This document shows, in pieces, positions 52,714 through 64,000 of a DNA stretch of 64,000 bases. The notes beneath the pieces are model-generated. The model saw only the letters and a list, made by a program, of their open reading frames with translations, did no database searches and was not told the origin of the DNA. Position 1 is the first letter of the stretch. Every line of letters begins with the position of its first letter. The DNA comes from Phoronis australis (Eukaryota > Animalia > Phoronida). The stretch spans positions 5,608-69,607 of the forward strand of contig NMRA01000509.1 in the NCBI GenBank assembly GCA_002633005.1, read 5' to 3'. Both the position numbers and the translations under genes were made by a program.

Positions 52714-52823
52714 CAGTGGCGGATTTAGAAGGGGGCCAAAGGGTTCATGCCCCCCACCGTAAAACTCCCAGATTCCATTTGACAGTGGGCGGGGGTACGG
52801 ATGTCTGACGGGCAANGCCCCTG
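52714..52823. mobile_element. CAGTGGCGGAT-family MITE, partial (single-N join inside)
   Basis: CAGTGGCGGATTTAGAAGGGGGCCAAAGGG, similar to the 14778 copy; TSD not recoverable. Confidence 0.6.
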
Positions 52824-53772
52824 AGTACGTCACTTTATTACGAAAGAATCCCACCAATTCTAGGGAAAAATAAGTGTTAAGTTTCACTTTTCATTTTACA
52901 AATCTTCTTAACATTGTTCTGAAGGTTCTCAACATTTCCGACGATGCTTGTGGATATGGTATACATCGCACAGCGCATCAACCTAGGCCAATAACACACC
53001 CATATAAAAACTCGTGTAGTTTAACATATATTTACATAGCGTTACAAGGGGCAGGGTATCAGCCTCTACTTTCCGAACACTAAAAACGCAATGCGGGACC
53101 TGTTGTTCTTAGGCCTTGGGAATATTTTCGGGTTTTTGATTCTAGTTCTAATTGTGCTTACACCTTGCAAACCCTAGAATCTGTCAGTAATCTACTTAGG
53201 CAGACACGGCAGTAAGATGTGCACACAGCCACAGTGTACATCAAAGTCTTTAGGAGAAACTTTTTAACTCAAAATTGCCCGCCCTCGAACACATCAGATG
53301 CCATCACATGAAATTTGTTAGAGACTTTAGTCACGGACTCATTAGCATTTTGAGAGTTCGGGCTCAGTGGCCGTTGTTTGGATGTATTTTTTAAACTACC
53401 AACACACAACATAATGCAACGATACGATAAGTTTATTCCGCATTTCAAATACAAATAGTTACATGTACTAAGGCGAAGGAAATGTGATACAGAACGCATG
53501 GAATATATACCGAGTAACAACGTAGTCATGAGACGATATTAACTTTAAGCACAAAAGGAACTCATCAAATTAATGAAAAGAATATCAATTCCAATTTTTG
53601 GACAATAATTTTCTCCTACGGCCATGACCGTGTACTTTTCTTCTGTGATAACGTCATCAAACGGAGACGAAAACCTCTTAAGTTAAGTTTTCGTCACATA
53701 CTCGCCCTTCGGTCGTGTCATTTATGATACTTTAACTCCCCCAACACGCCAGACGGCTGCTCTACGGAGTAC

Positions 53773-54026
53773 TTAATGAATAAGAGCAGATTTTTCACAA
53801 ATAAAGCCAGTGCCTTTATTCTTATACTTATTATATCCACAGGGAAGGTCATGCCATCTCCAGAGGTCATCCCCATAGTAGATCAAGCACTGGGTACCTC
53901 CGCCGGGTTCCCCGGGACTCCAGGGACGATAATTCCCGAATTGCTGTCCTGTGGAATCCCATATCCAATGATTGTTACGACTAAGGTCATTTCCACTTGT
54001 CCAAAATGCAATCAAACTCGATGATT
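53773..54026 (-). CDS. C-type lectin (perlucin-like), exon 3 (terminal)
   Basis: Acceptor cattttttcAG, phase 1. Encodes FWTSGND...WIW...WSPGEPGGGTQCL...WRWHDLPC...FICEK followed by TAA. Confidence 0.9.
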
Positions 54027-54814
54027 CTGAAAAAATGCGAGGGTGCAATTACCATACACCCCCTTTCCAACAAACCAACTCCTCGGCTATTTTCGCATCC
54101 TTAGCTTAGCTATCATAACACCAAATCCAAAAATTGAGAATGCCATGGAATAGATCGGTATACCTCTGTGATCCCGAACATGAGACAACAAGAATTGACG
54201 GTACCGGATACGTGAGGGGGCTGACTAAGGATTAATGATGACCTCGCGCATGAAGTCTGAGACATGTAAGGCTAAAGCCATGACTATATCTTTTTGTTGT
54301 CAATGGACTTGCCTTGTCGTTGATGTCCGCACATGTGTAGAAGACAGACACTTCGAGGGGAATTGAGTGTTACGGATTCTGCAACAGGATCCGCCACATA
54401 TCCTATCAGAACCTATTTAATAATATGCCGGAGACCATAAATTTCGAGTTGTTCCAACAGATTCGTGAAACTTTAATCAAGTAGGGAATATAAGATTCTC
54501 TAAACTACATGTTATTGGTCATGGCATACTACAACTATGCGCATGTGTAAGTAATGAACAAATCACACATGGAATTGGAAATATCTCGATTCCTGTCATT
54601 TAAGTTTTCACCTGAGAGTCCTCGTGGACTTTTGAAGAACTGTCGGTGTTACATTGATTACGTAAACCCTTTCTCTACGTGTGCCGGGTATACAATGGTT
54701 GCGTGTGCTACACCTCATGAACATAACGTCGGGTTGCTAATTTCTCAAGAAACCGGTTCTTAAGTGGTCATTATGGTCTAAAGGACACCGATACGTTCAC
54801 GTACGGTAAATCTG

Positions 54815-56207
54815 GGCCCGGTCTCCAATCTCCGTACTCAGACTCGAATCATGCTCAAACTCACACTTCATACTCAACTCGAGTACAGACTCTGAGCTTT
54901 GGTGTATTCAATGTCATACTCGAAAAATCTGTACTCGAAATTTCGAGCACGTACTCAGTTTTCGAGTGTACTCGAACTGAAGTGTATCTCATCTATATTT
55001 CGAGTACGATTTTGAGTAAAAATTTGGAGTCTATGCTCAAATTTCAAGTTTGGTATGGCAGTGTGCTTGAAATCGTACTCGAAAATAAATACGAGCCAGA
55101 GAACAAAATATCGAAAGGGAACCAAGAAACACAGCAAATCTAAAAAAATAAATCCTCTTACCGTATCTCAGCACTTCAACTTCAGTTCAGTGATAAAAGT
55201 TTTCATCTTAAATCTTCTTATTCTTCACCTTATTAACCCGTTGTATCACTGTATGTTATGGCCGCCATTCTACCTCTACAATTCCTGGCAACAGGCGCAT
55301 TGTAATCCCTTGTCGGCGAGTCATAACAAGCGTCGAAAGCAGTTGTGGGAAAAGTCGTGTGAGAAGTTTGTGCTGCCCTTATTTCGGTATGTGTGCCTAC
55401 GTTTTGTAGGGTTTCCAAAAGACGAGGAGGGGAGGGAAGTTAAAAAAAGTTCGCTTCCCTGTCAGGTACATTTCTCATCATAACTTAGTCATCTATAATT
55501 CCTCAATCCCCAAATGGAATTCCAGATTTTGTTTGCCGATTTCTAAGTAGACGTCTCGTCCCGTTCACTGCCACTGGTGAACTCTGAATGCCTGCACAAG
55601 TATTGTTTTTTAACTCACGTGCCAAATGTCAACTCACTTGATACATCCCGGTAAAATACAAAGATACAGTATCAAAGTTTGACATCAGCGTAGGCCTACA
55701 CAGCAATGGGTTTTATGTCAAGACTAAATTAGCAACAGAGATGTGATGTGATAAGCTGTTACAAATTTCTTTTAAAAGACGTTTTCGGGACTGGGTGAGG
55801 AACTCAAGAAGTGAAGCTTAATAATTGCCAAATGTATCAAAGAAATGGCATAAGAATATTTATTGAAACTAAAAAATGAATAACAGTTACAGAACACTCA
55901 GAATTCCACGTTATAGACATACTGTTGTAGTTGTAGCGACAGCAGACGATAATGTAGGCCTAGTTCTTGGGGTGGTCTATTCCAATAGGGAGCGATGAAT
56001 CAGCGCGGCTTTGCGTGATTTTGCATTTCACATCATAAAGAGTTCCATAGCAACTCGAGTATGAGTGTCAGATTTGAGTACGTTTGGAGTCTACTCGAAA
56101 TACGACATTAGATACGCTTTTTCGAGTACGACTCCAGTGAGCACGATTTTGAGTATGAAATCTCGAGTATGAGTATGAGTCTGAGTACGGAGATTGGAGA
56201 CCGGGCC
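54815..56207. mobile_element. PIF/Harbinger-like non-autonomous element (1.4 kb) in lectin intron 2
   Basis: Perfect ~31-bp TIR GGCCCGGTCTCCAATCTCCGTACTCAGACTC; CTG/CAG (CWG) flanks; many subterminal TACTCG/CGAGTA repeats. Confidence 0.8.
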
Positions 56208-56982
56208 CAGGACATATTTATCTGTCTACAGACACACCCTAGATTACCGGACGCTCCGAGGTACGAGGATAATTTGAGAGTTAGAAAAGTACTCGCGGTG
56301 TTCCGAATGCCATAGAAAGTCAGTATATAACGTACACAGTTGAGTCAGTCATGTGAGTTGAATGGGCCTACATTGAAAACGTCCTACAGGCAAATATAGG
56401 CACAGAAATGCATGATCTGGGATTTTAAAGATGTCATTTCCTTTAAGTTTTCTAAGAAAGTGGGCGGGTTTCTATGGCAGTTGAGTGACCGCCCGTAATA
56501 CATGATTCAGCTGTCACTCATTACAGAGCCATTTTGGGCGGTGGTGCACCACCAAAAATAAGAATTGAAAAGAATTCAGTTAAATTTGAAAATATTTGGA
56601 ATTACTCTGAATGAACATTATTTGGTATTGGAAGTTTTTAAATTAAAAGAAGCACAAAGATTACCTCTAAACGTTATCTTGCCGTACAACACAAACTAGA
56701 CAGAAACCGAAAATCATTGCCTATAGGCACGTTTTTATTACATTTGAGTCGCGATGCCATGCTTTAAATAAAAGTTTCCAGACATGGCCAGAAATGTGTA
56801 GCATGTGCTACTGAGCATGCGCTCAACCTTGCAAGCAGCCTTCTATGAGGAATGCATAGGTGTTTCCGGATCTCCTTTAACTTTGTGTCACGTATGCCAA
56901 AATAACGTTTACCTATTCTTCAAGAGGCATATGGGAAGACATAATCTTCATCTTAACTGCAAACACGACATTGACCATTTAC

Positions 56983-57159
56983 CTGGCAAAGATTTGATGT
57001 TTCGCAGAATAAAGTCATCTTCAGGATACGTCTCCACGGACACCAGATTTGAGCCCATCTGCTGACAGGCAATCTTTGCCACGTACCACGTGACTGGTGC
57101 TACACCAAAGTGATAGCAGGAACTTTGAAAGCGACGGAAATTAGGTGGACACCCACTGT
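56983..57159 (-). CDS. C-type lectin (perlucin-like), exon 2
   Basis: Acceptor gttattttatAG, donor GTAAAT; 177 bp, phase 1 to 1. Encodes SGCPPNFRRFQSSCYHF...TWYVAKIACQQMGSNLVSVETYPEDDFI. Confidence 0.9.
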
Positions 57160-58419
57160 CTATAAAATAACACATGTTGAATTATTACGCATGTTAAGAT
57201 GATACAAACAAATTTCTGAGGTGCATTTGCCCGTAACATGGCAAGACAAGTGAAGCACTTTCATAGTAAGTAAACTTAAACGGGAAGGCAGTTGTTTTAG
57301 CGGCAATTCTGGTTAAAATACGATCTTTTGGTGACCCTGTAAACGAAATTTTAGTTTGATCAAATTTCCAAGTTGTTGACCACATGTCAATTCGGAAATG
57401 GCGTTCGCAACCAAGATCAGTTCCCGTCATCTTTGTGCTACAATGCATTGTGGGCCAGGTCGATGCAGCATGTGTAAAACAAGATGGGCAATGTGCGACG
57501 GTTAAGGGTAAATTCATAACCAAAACAATCGTTTTTCTAATGAACCATTAGCACTCACATGCACACAGTGTAGAAAAATGCCAAACAAACTTGAAAGTAC
57601 ATGAACTTTTTCTTTTCTGGTGAAAACATACACGTATATTACCGGAATGCATTTACGAAATATTGCCAGCAGGCCGAGGCTTAATATTTGAACTGGATAT
57701 TATTTTTGACATTATCTGTTCTACTTTTGTGCGAACTCAAGATAAGTGGTACAGTGTTAATAGTCTGTCCCGAGCGCATTATGCTTTAAAATCACGATGA
57801 CCCGGGCTGTGCTGCAACCTAGAGTAGAAACCCGAAATTTCGAGTAAGCAAGTCATAATTTCCTAGTTCAGACTCGAAGTTTTAACCTTATGCTGGGGCA
57901 TTAACAGCAAACTGGGATTAGAAAGTTATTCGCACAACCAATTTTAGTCGATCATAGAATAATAGACTCGTTAGACTGTTCTCGCGAAAGCATAACAAAA
58001 TTTCCTCAAATTAATCGGGTTCGATTTCAAAGATTAGACCCCAGACCCGAATAAAAACTATTGCAATGAGCACGTGGATTATTGAGGGTTTCTTTATTTC
58101 TCGTGGAAATAATACACATCGTGTAGTCAATAGTTCACTCGAGTTAAAAATTCTCTCCCTGTGCCTACGGTACATCGATACGTCACGTGATGTTGCACAA
58201 CGTAGTCTCACAAATGATCTCCAATAACTGGTCTTGACTTTGCAGTCTAGTTTTCAAGTTTTTAAACACTCAGTCTATATTAGGCAATATTTCTATCTGC
58301 CTGGTAGAATGTGTTGAATTGGTGTTGCAAACACTGTTGCTGGAGGCTAAAAAAAATTCGCACGACCTAGCTAATTTTACTAGATACGAGTACAAAATCT
58401 GATAAAAGTAAAAACTTAC

Positions 58420-58585
58420 TAGATTGTTCCACTGGTGTGAGTCCCAGCAATTTTTCAACCCTTTCCAGCCGTTCGTTGTAAGCCAGTGGTGAAGACGATC
58501 GACCGACTGCTTGGTCACCAAAGACCAGCGAAAACGTGGTAATTGTTACAAAGGCAAAACGAACGCAATTCGACGTCATTGTCAT
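58420..58585 (-). CDS. C-type lectin (perlucin-like), exon 1 (signal peptide plus short coiled coil)
   Basis: ATG at 58585; hydrophobic FAFVTITTFSLVFG; ERLERVEKLL; donor GTAAGT at phase 1. The three exons total 597 nt = 198 aa plus stop. Confidence 0.8.
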
Positions 58586-58615
58586 ACTTATTGTTTGCGA
58601 TACACTATACGGAGA

Positions 58616-58703
58616 ACTGGCTGTGGTACTTCTGAAGTCATATAGCGATCGGTGTGCCGTCGAGCTCGGCCTTCACGGCGATTATTGCCTCTGACGTCAT
58701 TGG
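58616..58703 (-). promoter_or_regulatory. Candidate core promoter of the lectin gene
   Basis: TATA-like CTATATGA (~58638-58645), an Inr-like CCAGTT ~25 bp downstream, and a CRE palindrome TGACGTCA (58692-58699) adjoining a CCAAT on the minus strand. Confidence 0.45.
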
Positions 58704-58937
58704 TGACCTTGGCAAATGGAGTTAGTTTACCCCGTCTGCAGTTCTTGGAAGGGATGTAATATGCTCATAAAGGTCTATCACGCAACTGAAATGCATTACA
58801 CTGAGACGACAAATGTTTTCCTAATTACGTAGATAAATTCATGGTTAATTTTTCCCGTGATTTCTAATTCTATAGAGTATGGGCAGCACAAATATTATTT
58901 GGGTGTACCGTCGGAAAGGAATGAAAACTCGAATAGG

Positions 58938-59927
58938 ATATTGAAAACGAGGCAAAAACACTAACAGCAAGGTGTCAATTAAATTCGCCAAAAGCACCCG
59001 GCAACATACCAAATTTGTAAACTGGCTGAAGTGCCGGAGTATTTCGCATACACACCGCACCAGTCGTAAAATGGGGTGAATATGGCTCGCGTGGTGAAGT
59101 TGACCGATGGGGTCGTGCTATGGCCATGCGACACCAAGTAGAAAAAAAACGCCGTGTGTAGCAGAGGGCGTTCGTTGTTCTTTTTGTCGACTACTCGCTG
59201 CTTGGCTAAGACATTTTTCACCTCCGTTCCATCATTTCGTTTCAAACCCACTAAAACGCGTATTCTTTAAGGTGAATTATTTTCATGTGGTAAGCATACT
59301 TCTGAATGAAATGAGCATAACGGATTATGTGCGTCAGTTGTAGTAGCCATCGGTGATCACATCAGGTATGAAACTCATTGTTTCTGAAAAGCGGCATGGC
59401 TATTATTCTAAATTTTCGAAGTCGGGGTGAACNATATTGAAAACGAGGCAAAAACACTAACAGCAAGGTGTCAATTAAATTCGCCAAAAGCACCCGGCAA
59501 CATACCAAATTTGTAAACTGGCTGATGTGCCGGAGTATTTCGCATACACACCGCACCAGTCGTAAAATGGGGTGAATATGGCTCGCGTGGTGAAGTTGAC
59601 CGATGGGGTCGTGCTATGGCCATGCGACACCAAGTAGAAAAAAACGCCGTGTGTAGCAGAGGGCGTTCGTTGTTCTTTTTGTCGACTACTCGCTGCTTGG
59701 CTCCGACGTTTTTCACCTCAGTTCCATCATTTCGTTTCAAACCCACTAAAACGCGTATTTTTTAAGGTGAATTATTTTCATGTGGTAAGCATACTTCTGA
59801 ATGAAATGAGCATAACGGATTATGTGCGTCAGTTATAGTAGCCATCGGTGATCACATCAGGTATGAAACTCATTGTTTCTGAAAAGCGGCATGGCTATTA
59901 TTCTAAATTTTCGAAGTCGGGGTGAAC
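58938..59927 (+). repeat. ~495-bp near-identical tandem duplication separated by a single N (probable assembly artefact)
   Basis: 58938-59432 vs 59434-59927 differ at only a few positions; N at 59433. Confidence 0.85.
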
Positions 59928-60051
59928 ATTGCACAGTTCCCAGGCGAACTTAGCATGGGCTGCCAAGTTCATCCTACACCCTGCCAACTTCCAGCCCCCC
60001 CCCCGGATATATATTCCATGCCCAACTAAAATCATTTTAACCTCTTTCCGC

Positions 60052-63000
60052 ATGCCTCGAACATATGAAAAGAAAAACGCCTTTTTCAAGTACTCGCTGG
60101 AAGATCTAACAAATGCAGTGTCTGCAGCTGCAGGTGTTATGAGTCAAGCTGAGGCAGTGAAAACGTTTAAGGTTCCGAGGGGAACCCTGCAAAATCGCCT
60201 AAAAGGCGTCCACATGAAATGTCACAGTGGCCAGAAAGTTCTGTTGGACACTGAAGAAAAGTCAATCGAAGATAATGCAGCAGTGATGGCTGACTGGGGT
60301 TTCCCCTTGGACAATTTGAATTTACGCCTGATGGTGAAGGCCTTTATAGGCAAAAGTGGTCGCAAAGTGACACGGTTCAAACATAATTTCCCACGGAAGA
60401 AATGGGTTCAGTTTCGAGAAAAGGCATAAGCAAACCCTCGCAGCACAACATGTAAAAACATAAAACGTGCCAGAGCAAACCTTAGTAACGAAACCGTCGA
60501 ACAGTTTATTGGAAACCTCGAGAAAACCTTGCATGGCGTTCAACCGTCTCTCATAGTTAACTATGATGAGACGAATTTGAATAACGACCCAGGTCGTACT
60601 AAACGATGCATCTTTCGTCGAGGAATTAAATACCCTGAAAGTATCATTAACTCCACAAAAGGATGCGTGTTACTAATGTTTAGTGGAACTGCGACAGGGA
60701 AAACATCACCACTGTATGTTGCTTAAAAGTCGAAGCACATTCTGAAAACCTGGACCGAAGGTGGTCGCCGGCTCACCCGTTACAACAGAACAAAATCTGC
60801 TAGGTTTGACCTGACAACATTTGAGGACTGGTTCGAGACAATCGTTGTACATGTACCTTGGGCGAAAATAATCCCTGTAAATAAGGTCCTGATTGGATAA
60901 AACTTGTCGTCTCAAATCAATAAGACTGTCATTGAGCCAATGGTCAAAGCCTTAACATCGCCTTCGTCTATCTTCCACCAAATAGCACACATCTCATAGG
61001 CGGATTTAGGGGGGGGCAGGGGGCCCGGGCCNNNNNNNNNNNNNNNNNNNNNNNNNNNNNNNNNNNNNNNNNNNNNNNNNNNNNNNNNNNNNNNNNNNNN
61101 NNNNNNNNNNNNNNNNNNNNNNNNNNNNNNNNNNNNNNNNNNNNNNNNNNNNNNNNNNNNNNNNNNNNNNNNNNNNNNNNNNNNNNNNNNNNNNNNNNNN
61201 NNNNNNNNNNNNNNNNNNNNNNNNNNNNNNNNNNNNNNNNNNNNNNNNNNNNNNNNNNNNNNNNNNNNNNNNNNNNNNNNNNNNNNNNNNNNNNNNNNNN
61301 NNNNNNNNNNNNNNNNNNNNNNNNNNNNNNNNNNNNNNNNNNNNNNNNNNNNNNNNNNNNNNNNNNNNNNNNNNNNNNNNNNNNNNNNNNNNNNNNNNNN
61401 NNNNNNNNNNNNNNNNNNNNNNNNNNNNNNNNNNNNNNNNNNNNNNNNNNNNNNNNNNNNNNNNNNNNNNNNNNNNNNNNNNNNNNNNNNNNNNNNNNNN
61501 NNNNNNNNNNNNNNNNNNNNNNNNNNNNNNNNNNNAGTCTTAGGTTCTTGCATTTTTTTCTGTTCGACACGTTCTCCGTTTTTTTTTTTCTTTCTTGCCT
61601 CTTTTGTCTTCAGGAATCAAGGAAAATGCCTGATTTTAGAGGTAAAAACAGAAAAATATCTTGGGCGACCTCCCCCCACTTCGGTGCTATGCGCATCTAC
61701 AATCGTGGTTCAGTTTGCGGAAATGTTTACAGCCGGACAAAGTTGGGCCCCCCCTTGTGATATCCTAGATCCGCCACTGCATCTACATGTACTCCAACCA
61801 CCGGATGTGGTCGTGTATTCCTCCGTGAAGAAAAACTGGAGAGCGGTGTTGACTGAATGGAAATCTCGTGGCAGAGGACATTAGCACGCATCTGTTCTCG
61901 AAGATGAACACCCTTCTCTTCTCAAAAACCTGATGTCGAGGATGGGCAACAACAAACTCAAAGAAAACATTACCAGCGGATTCCGAAATTGTGGCATCCA
62001 CCCGGCACTGGACACAAGCAGCCCGTGTTGGATAGGTTACCGCAAAGTCAGCAGCATCACATTCAACTTATGAGAAATACCGTCGACCAGGTTGAGGTGG
62101 ACACGCTGGATAAAATGCGCCACTGCAAGAGCGAACAGCAACCTCGAAAGCGTGCTAAGCGTGTATATGATGAGCAGGTACATGTAAAAAGCATGAGCGA
62201 CATTCCTGGCCTTAATGAATCGACAGACTCAGACGAGTTATTGCAAGCCAGGTTTCACATGTCCTAGAAGTGGATCCACTAAACCCCGAAGATACTCCAG
62301 GACTTAATGAGTCAACAGATTCAGATGAAGTTGATGCCTCAGCAAACGAACAGCAAAATGCTAACATACATGGCTACCACTGCAGGATCATGCACTTCCC
62401 CAGCTGAAGAAGGTACATCCACAAGCTCACACCAATGCGACAACAATGCCAGGGCTGGCTGGTTTTCAGTTTCTCAGTCGTCAAATGGTCCCAACCACCA
62501 GTCTTCCCCACCATTCAACTTGAATGGTGAACAATTACAGTATAGTGAGAGCATATCCGGATGGACGTTGCTTTTTCCGTAGCCTTGCGATTGGTATAAA
62601 TACACAGTTGCAAAGCACTGAGCATGATCAGTTTGGCTTGCCAATCGATCCTATTAACAAGCTTTTTGAATCTAATGAAGCAGACTGTTTGCTAGCGCAA
62701 GTTATCAGTAACATATGCACCAAATCGAAAGAGCTTCTAGAAATAAGTGTGGCGCAACTAAATGCCGATATACAGCGCAGGCTACATTTCTGTAGCCCAG
62801 CAGAGAGGATTGAATCGACGGCAAATCCAACGGAAGAGATTGGAGAAATTGAAATCTTTGGATGTCAAAGGTTCTCAAGAGACCCATTTATGTCCTCACT
62901 GATCAGTCTCCCTCAATGAAATACTGGGTCGAATTCAATTCACAACCGCTAACGGTTAAATCCACAGGCATTGGGGAAAACGCCGGCCACGACTATGATT

Positions 63001-63371
63001 GTATAATATACGATCTCAATTTTACAGTACTTCCTGAACAGTCTGAGACAGTAACTCCAAGCATGATTTCACACATGCTTAATCCTCTCACCAAAAAGCC
63101 AAGTAATTGCACCCCTCAGTTGCCAAGTGCTGACATGAAAACATTGGGAAAGAAAGTGACAGGAACCAAAAGTAAGTCTCAAAAAGGTACTAAGAGGGCA
63201 AGACGCGTGGTTGCTGAGCGCTGTATTTTTGATAAGGAACAGTTTTGTTTTATGTGCGGGGAGACGAGAGAGGAAGACGTTATCTTCTGCTGTACTTGGT
63301 TACGATGTGTTCACACTGAATGTGCAGGTGACATCGACTCGGATTACGAATGTGACGAATGCGCATCGTGA
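60052..63371 (+). pseudogene. Pogo-like transposase pseudogene: HTH_psq + CENP-B HTH + DDE_1 + acidic linker + OTU-like protease + PHD finger
   Basis: Motifs in order: MPRTY..YSLEDLTNAV..VPRGTLQNRLKG; EEKSI..WGFPL; IVNYDET; FEDWF; VLIG*NLSS; NSTHL(HV)LQPPDV; NITSGFRNCGIHP; DGRCFFRSLA...GHDYD; CFMCG..C..HTEC..YECDEC. Several stops and frameshifts plus a MITE insertion. Confidence 0.85.
60995..61779. mobile_element. MITE (spanning the N gap at 61032-61535) inserted in the pogo DDE domain
   Basis: Ends CATAGGCGGAT / ATCCGCCACTG with a perfect 5-bp TSD CATCT (60990-60994, 61780-61784); removing it restores NSTHL..LQPPDV. Confidence 0.75.
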
Positions 63372-63818
63372 GTTTTCTGTGGCACAGATCAAGATAATTA
63401 TGATTCAGGCTTCATCAAATCATGATTCTCGACATGATGTTCAAGGCGTTTCTGCAAAAGGCTGACAAAGTAGGTTTAAAACTCAGCTTGTGTATTTCCC
63501 ACAATTTTGTAAGTTTAACAGACGTGGAATAATTTTAGCTTAAATTGGTGGCATTTGTGAATTGTTTTTGTAGATGAATAAAGTTTCTAGTCATATTCAT
63601 TCCTTTTTATTACACTGAAATAATTTCAGAATTGTTTTCGTTTATTGAACCATTCAAGTACAGTGTAGTTGCCGGTAACGAACTGTGAGTTAATTATAAG
63701 ACACTATTATGTTCAATGTTATATGTTTCGCATATTGAACTGCTTCATTTTTGTGTTTTTTGCCCATCCCCTGAAATCTTTGATTCGAATATTCGCGGCA
63801 GTCATGGGGAATGGTTTG

Positions 63819-63988
63819 ATATACTTAATACTTGTCATCCACTTACATGTATCAGTTTTGAAACAAATATTGCAACATTTAATTTTACTGTGTACAAAAA
63901 GGAAATGGTTTAATATACTTAATACTTGTCATCCACTTATCAGTTTTGAGACAACTACTGCAACAGTTAATTTTACTGAGTACAAAAA
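63819..63988 (+). repeat. Two diverged ~80-90-bp tandem units
   Basis: ATATACTTAATACTTGTCATCCACTTA...TCAGTTTTGA.ACAA...TGCAACA.TTAATTTTACTG.GTACAAAAA occurs twice. Confidence 0.75.
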
Positions 63989-64000
63989 GATTGCAATGCC

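Larger units (their letters stand above)
58908..64000 (+). mobile_element. Pogo/Tigger-like DNA transposon, decayed; right end not identified in the window
   Basis: Candidate left end TA|CCGT at 58906-58911; repeated GGGGTGAA subterminal motifs; transposase pseudogene at 60052-63371; AATAAA at 63577. Confidence 0.65.

Noticed and set aside
54840-56190. Recurring TACTCGA/CGAGTA motifs as a CRISPR-like array
   Set aside because: Short, irregularly spaced subterminal repeats within a TIR element in eukaryotic DNA; no constant repeat-spacer period and no cas genes.
58938-59927. 495-bp direct repeat as an LTR or long terminal direct repeat
   Set aside because: Copies are adjacent, nearly identical and joined by a single N; typical of a contig-overlap or haplotype assembly artefact.
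60912-61570. 200-213-aa ORFs spanning the gap (also 16434-16758)
   Set aside because: Artefacts of translating N runs.

Overview
Repeat-rich, intron-containing animal (invertebrate, probably molluscan/lophotrochozoan; inferred) genomic DNA from a draft assembly with two N gaps. Most of the supplied short ORFs are spurious. Three host genes are supported: (1) a minus-strand gene missed by the ORF track that encodes a signal peptide plus a Delta/Notch-ligand-like N-terminal C2 (MNNL) domain (TATA box at 13863-13870; exons 13768-13727, 5464-5340 and 4378-4267; downstream exons look degenerate); (2) the large terminal exon (48731-51066, +) of a proline-rich/CARD/ribonuclease-inhibitor-type LRR protein with no NACHT motif; (3) a convergent three-exon, 198-aa secreted C-type lectin (58585-53773, -) with EPG/WHD motifs. 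Mobile DNA includes an internally deleted Kolobok element (TTAA TSD, about 157-bp TIRs, THAP-transposase and KolX remnants), a decayed pogo/Tigger-like transposase ORF that carries an OTU-like protease domain and a PHD finger, a hairpin-headed element containing an internal reverse complement of its own end-to-end junction plus a tRNA-like segment, Academ-like and Helitron-like elements, Harbinger-like MITEs (CWG TSD) and several MITE families with 5-bp TSDs. All calls come from manual reading of motifs and structure; no database search was run.
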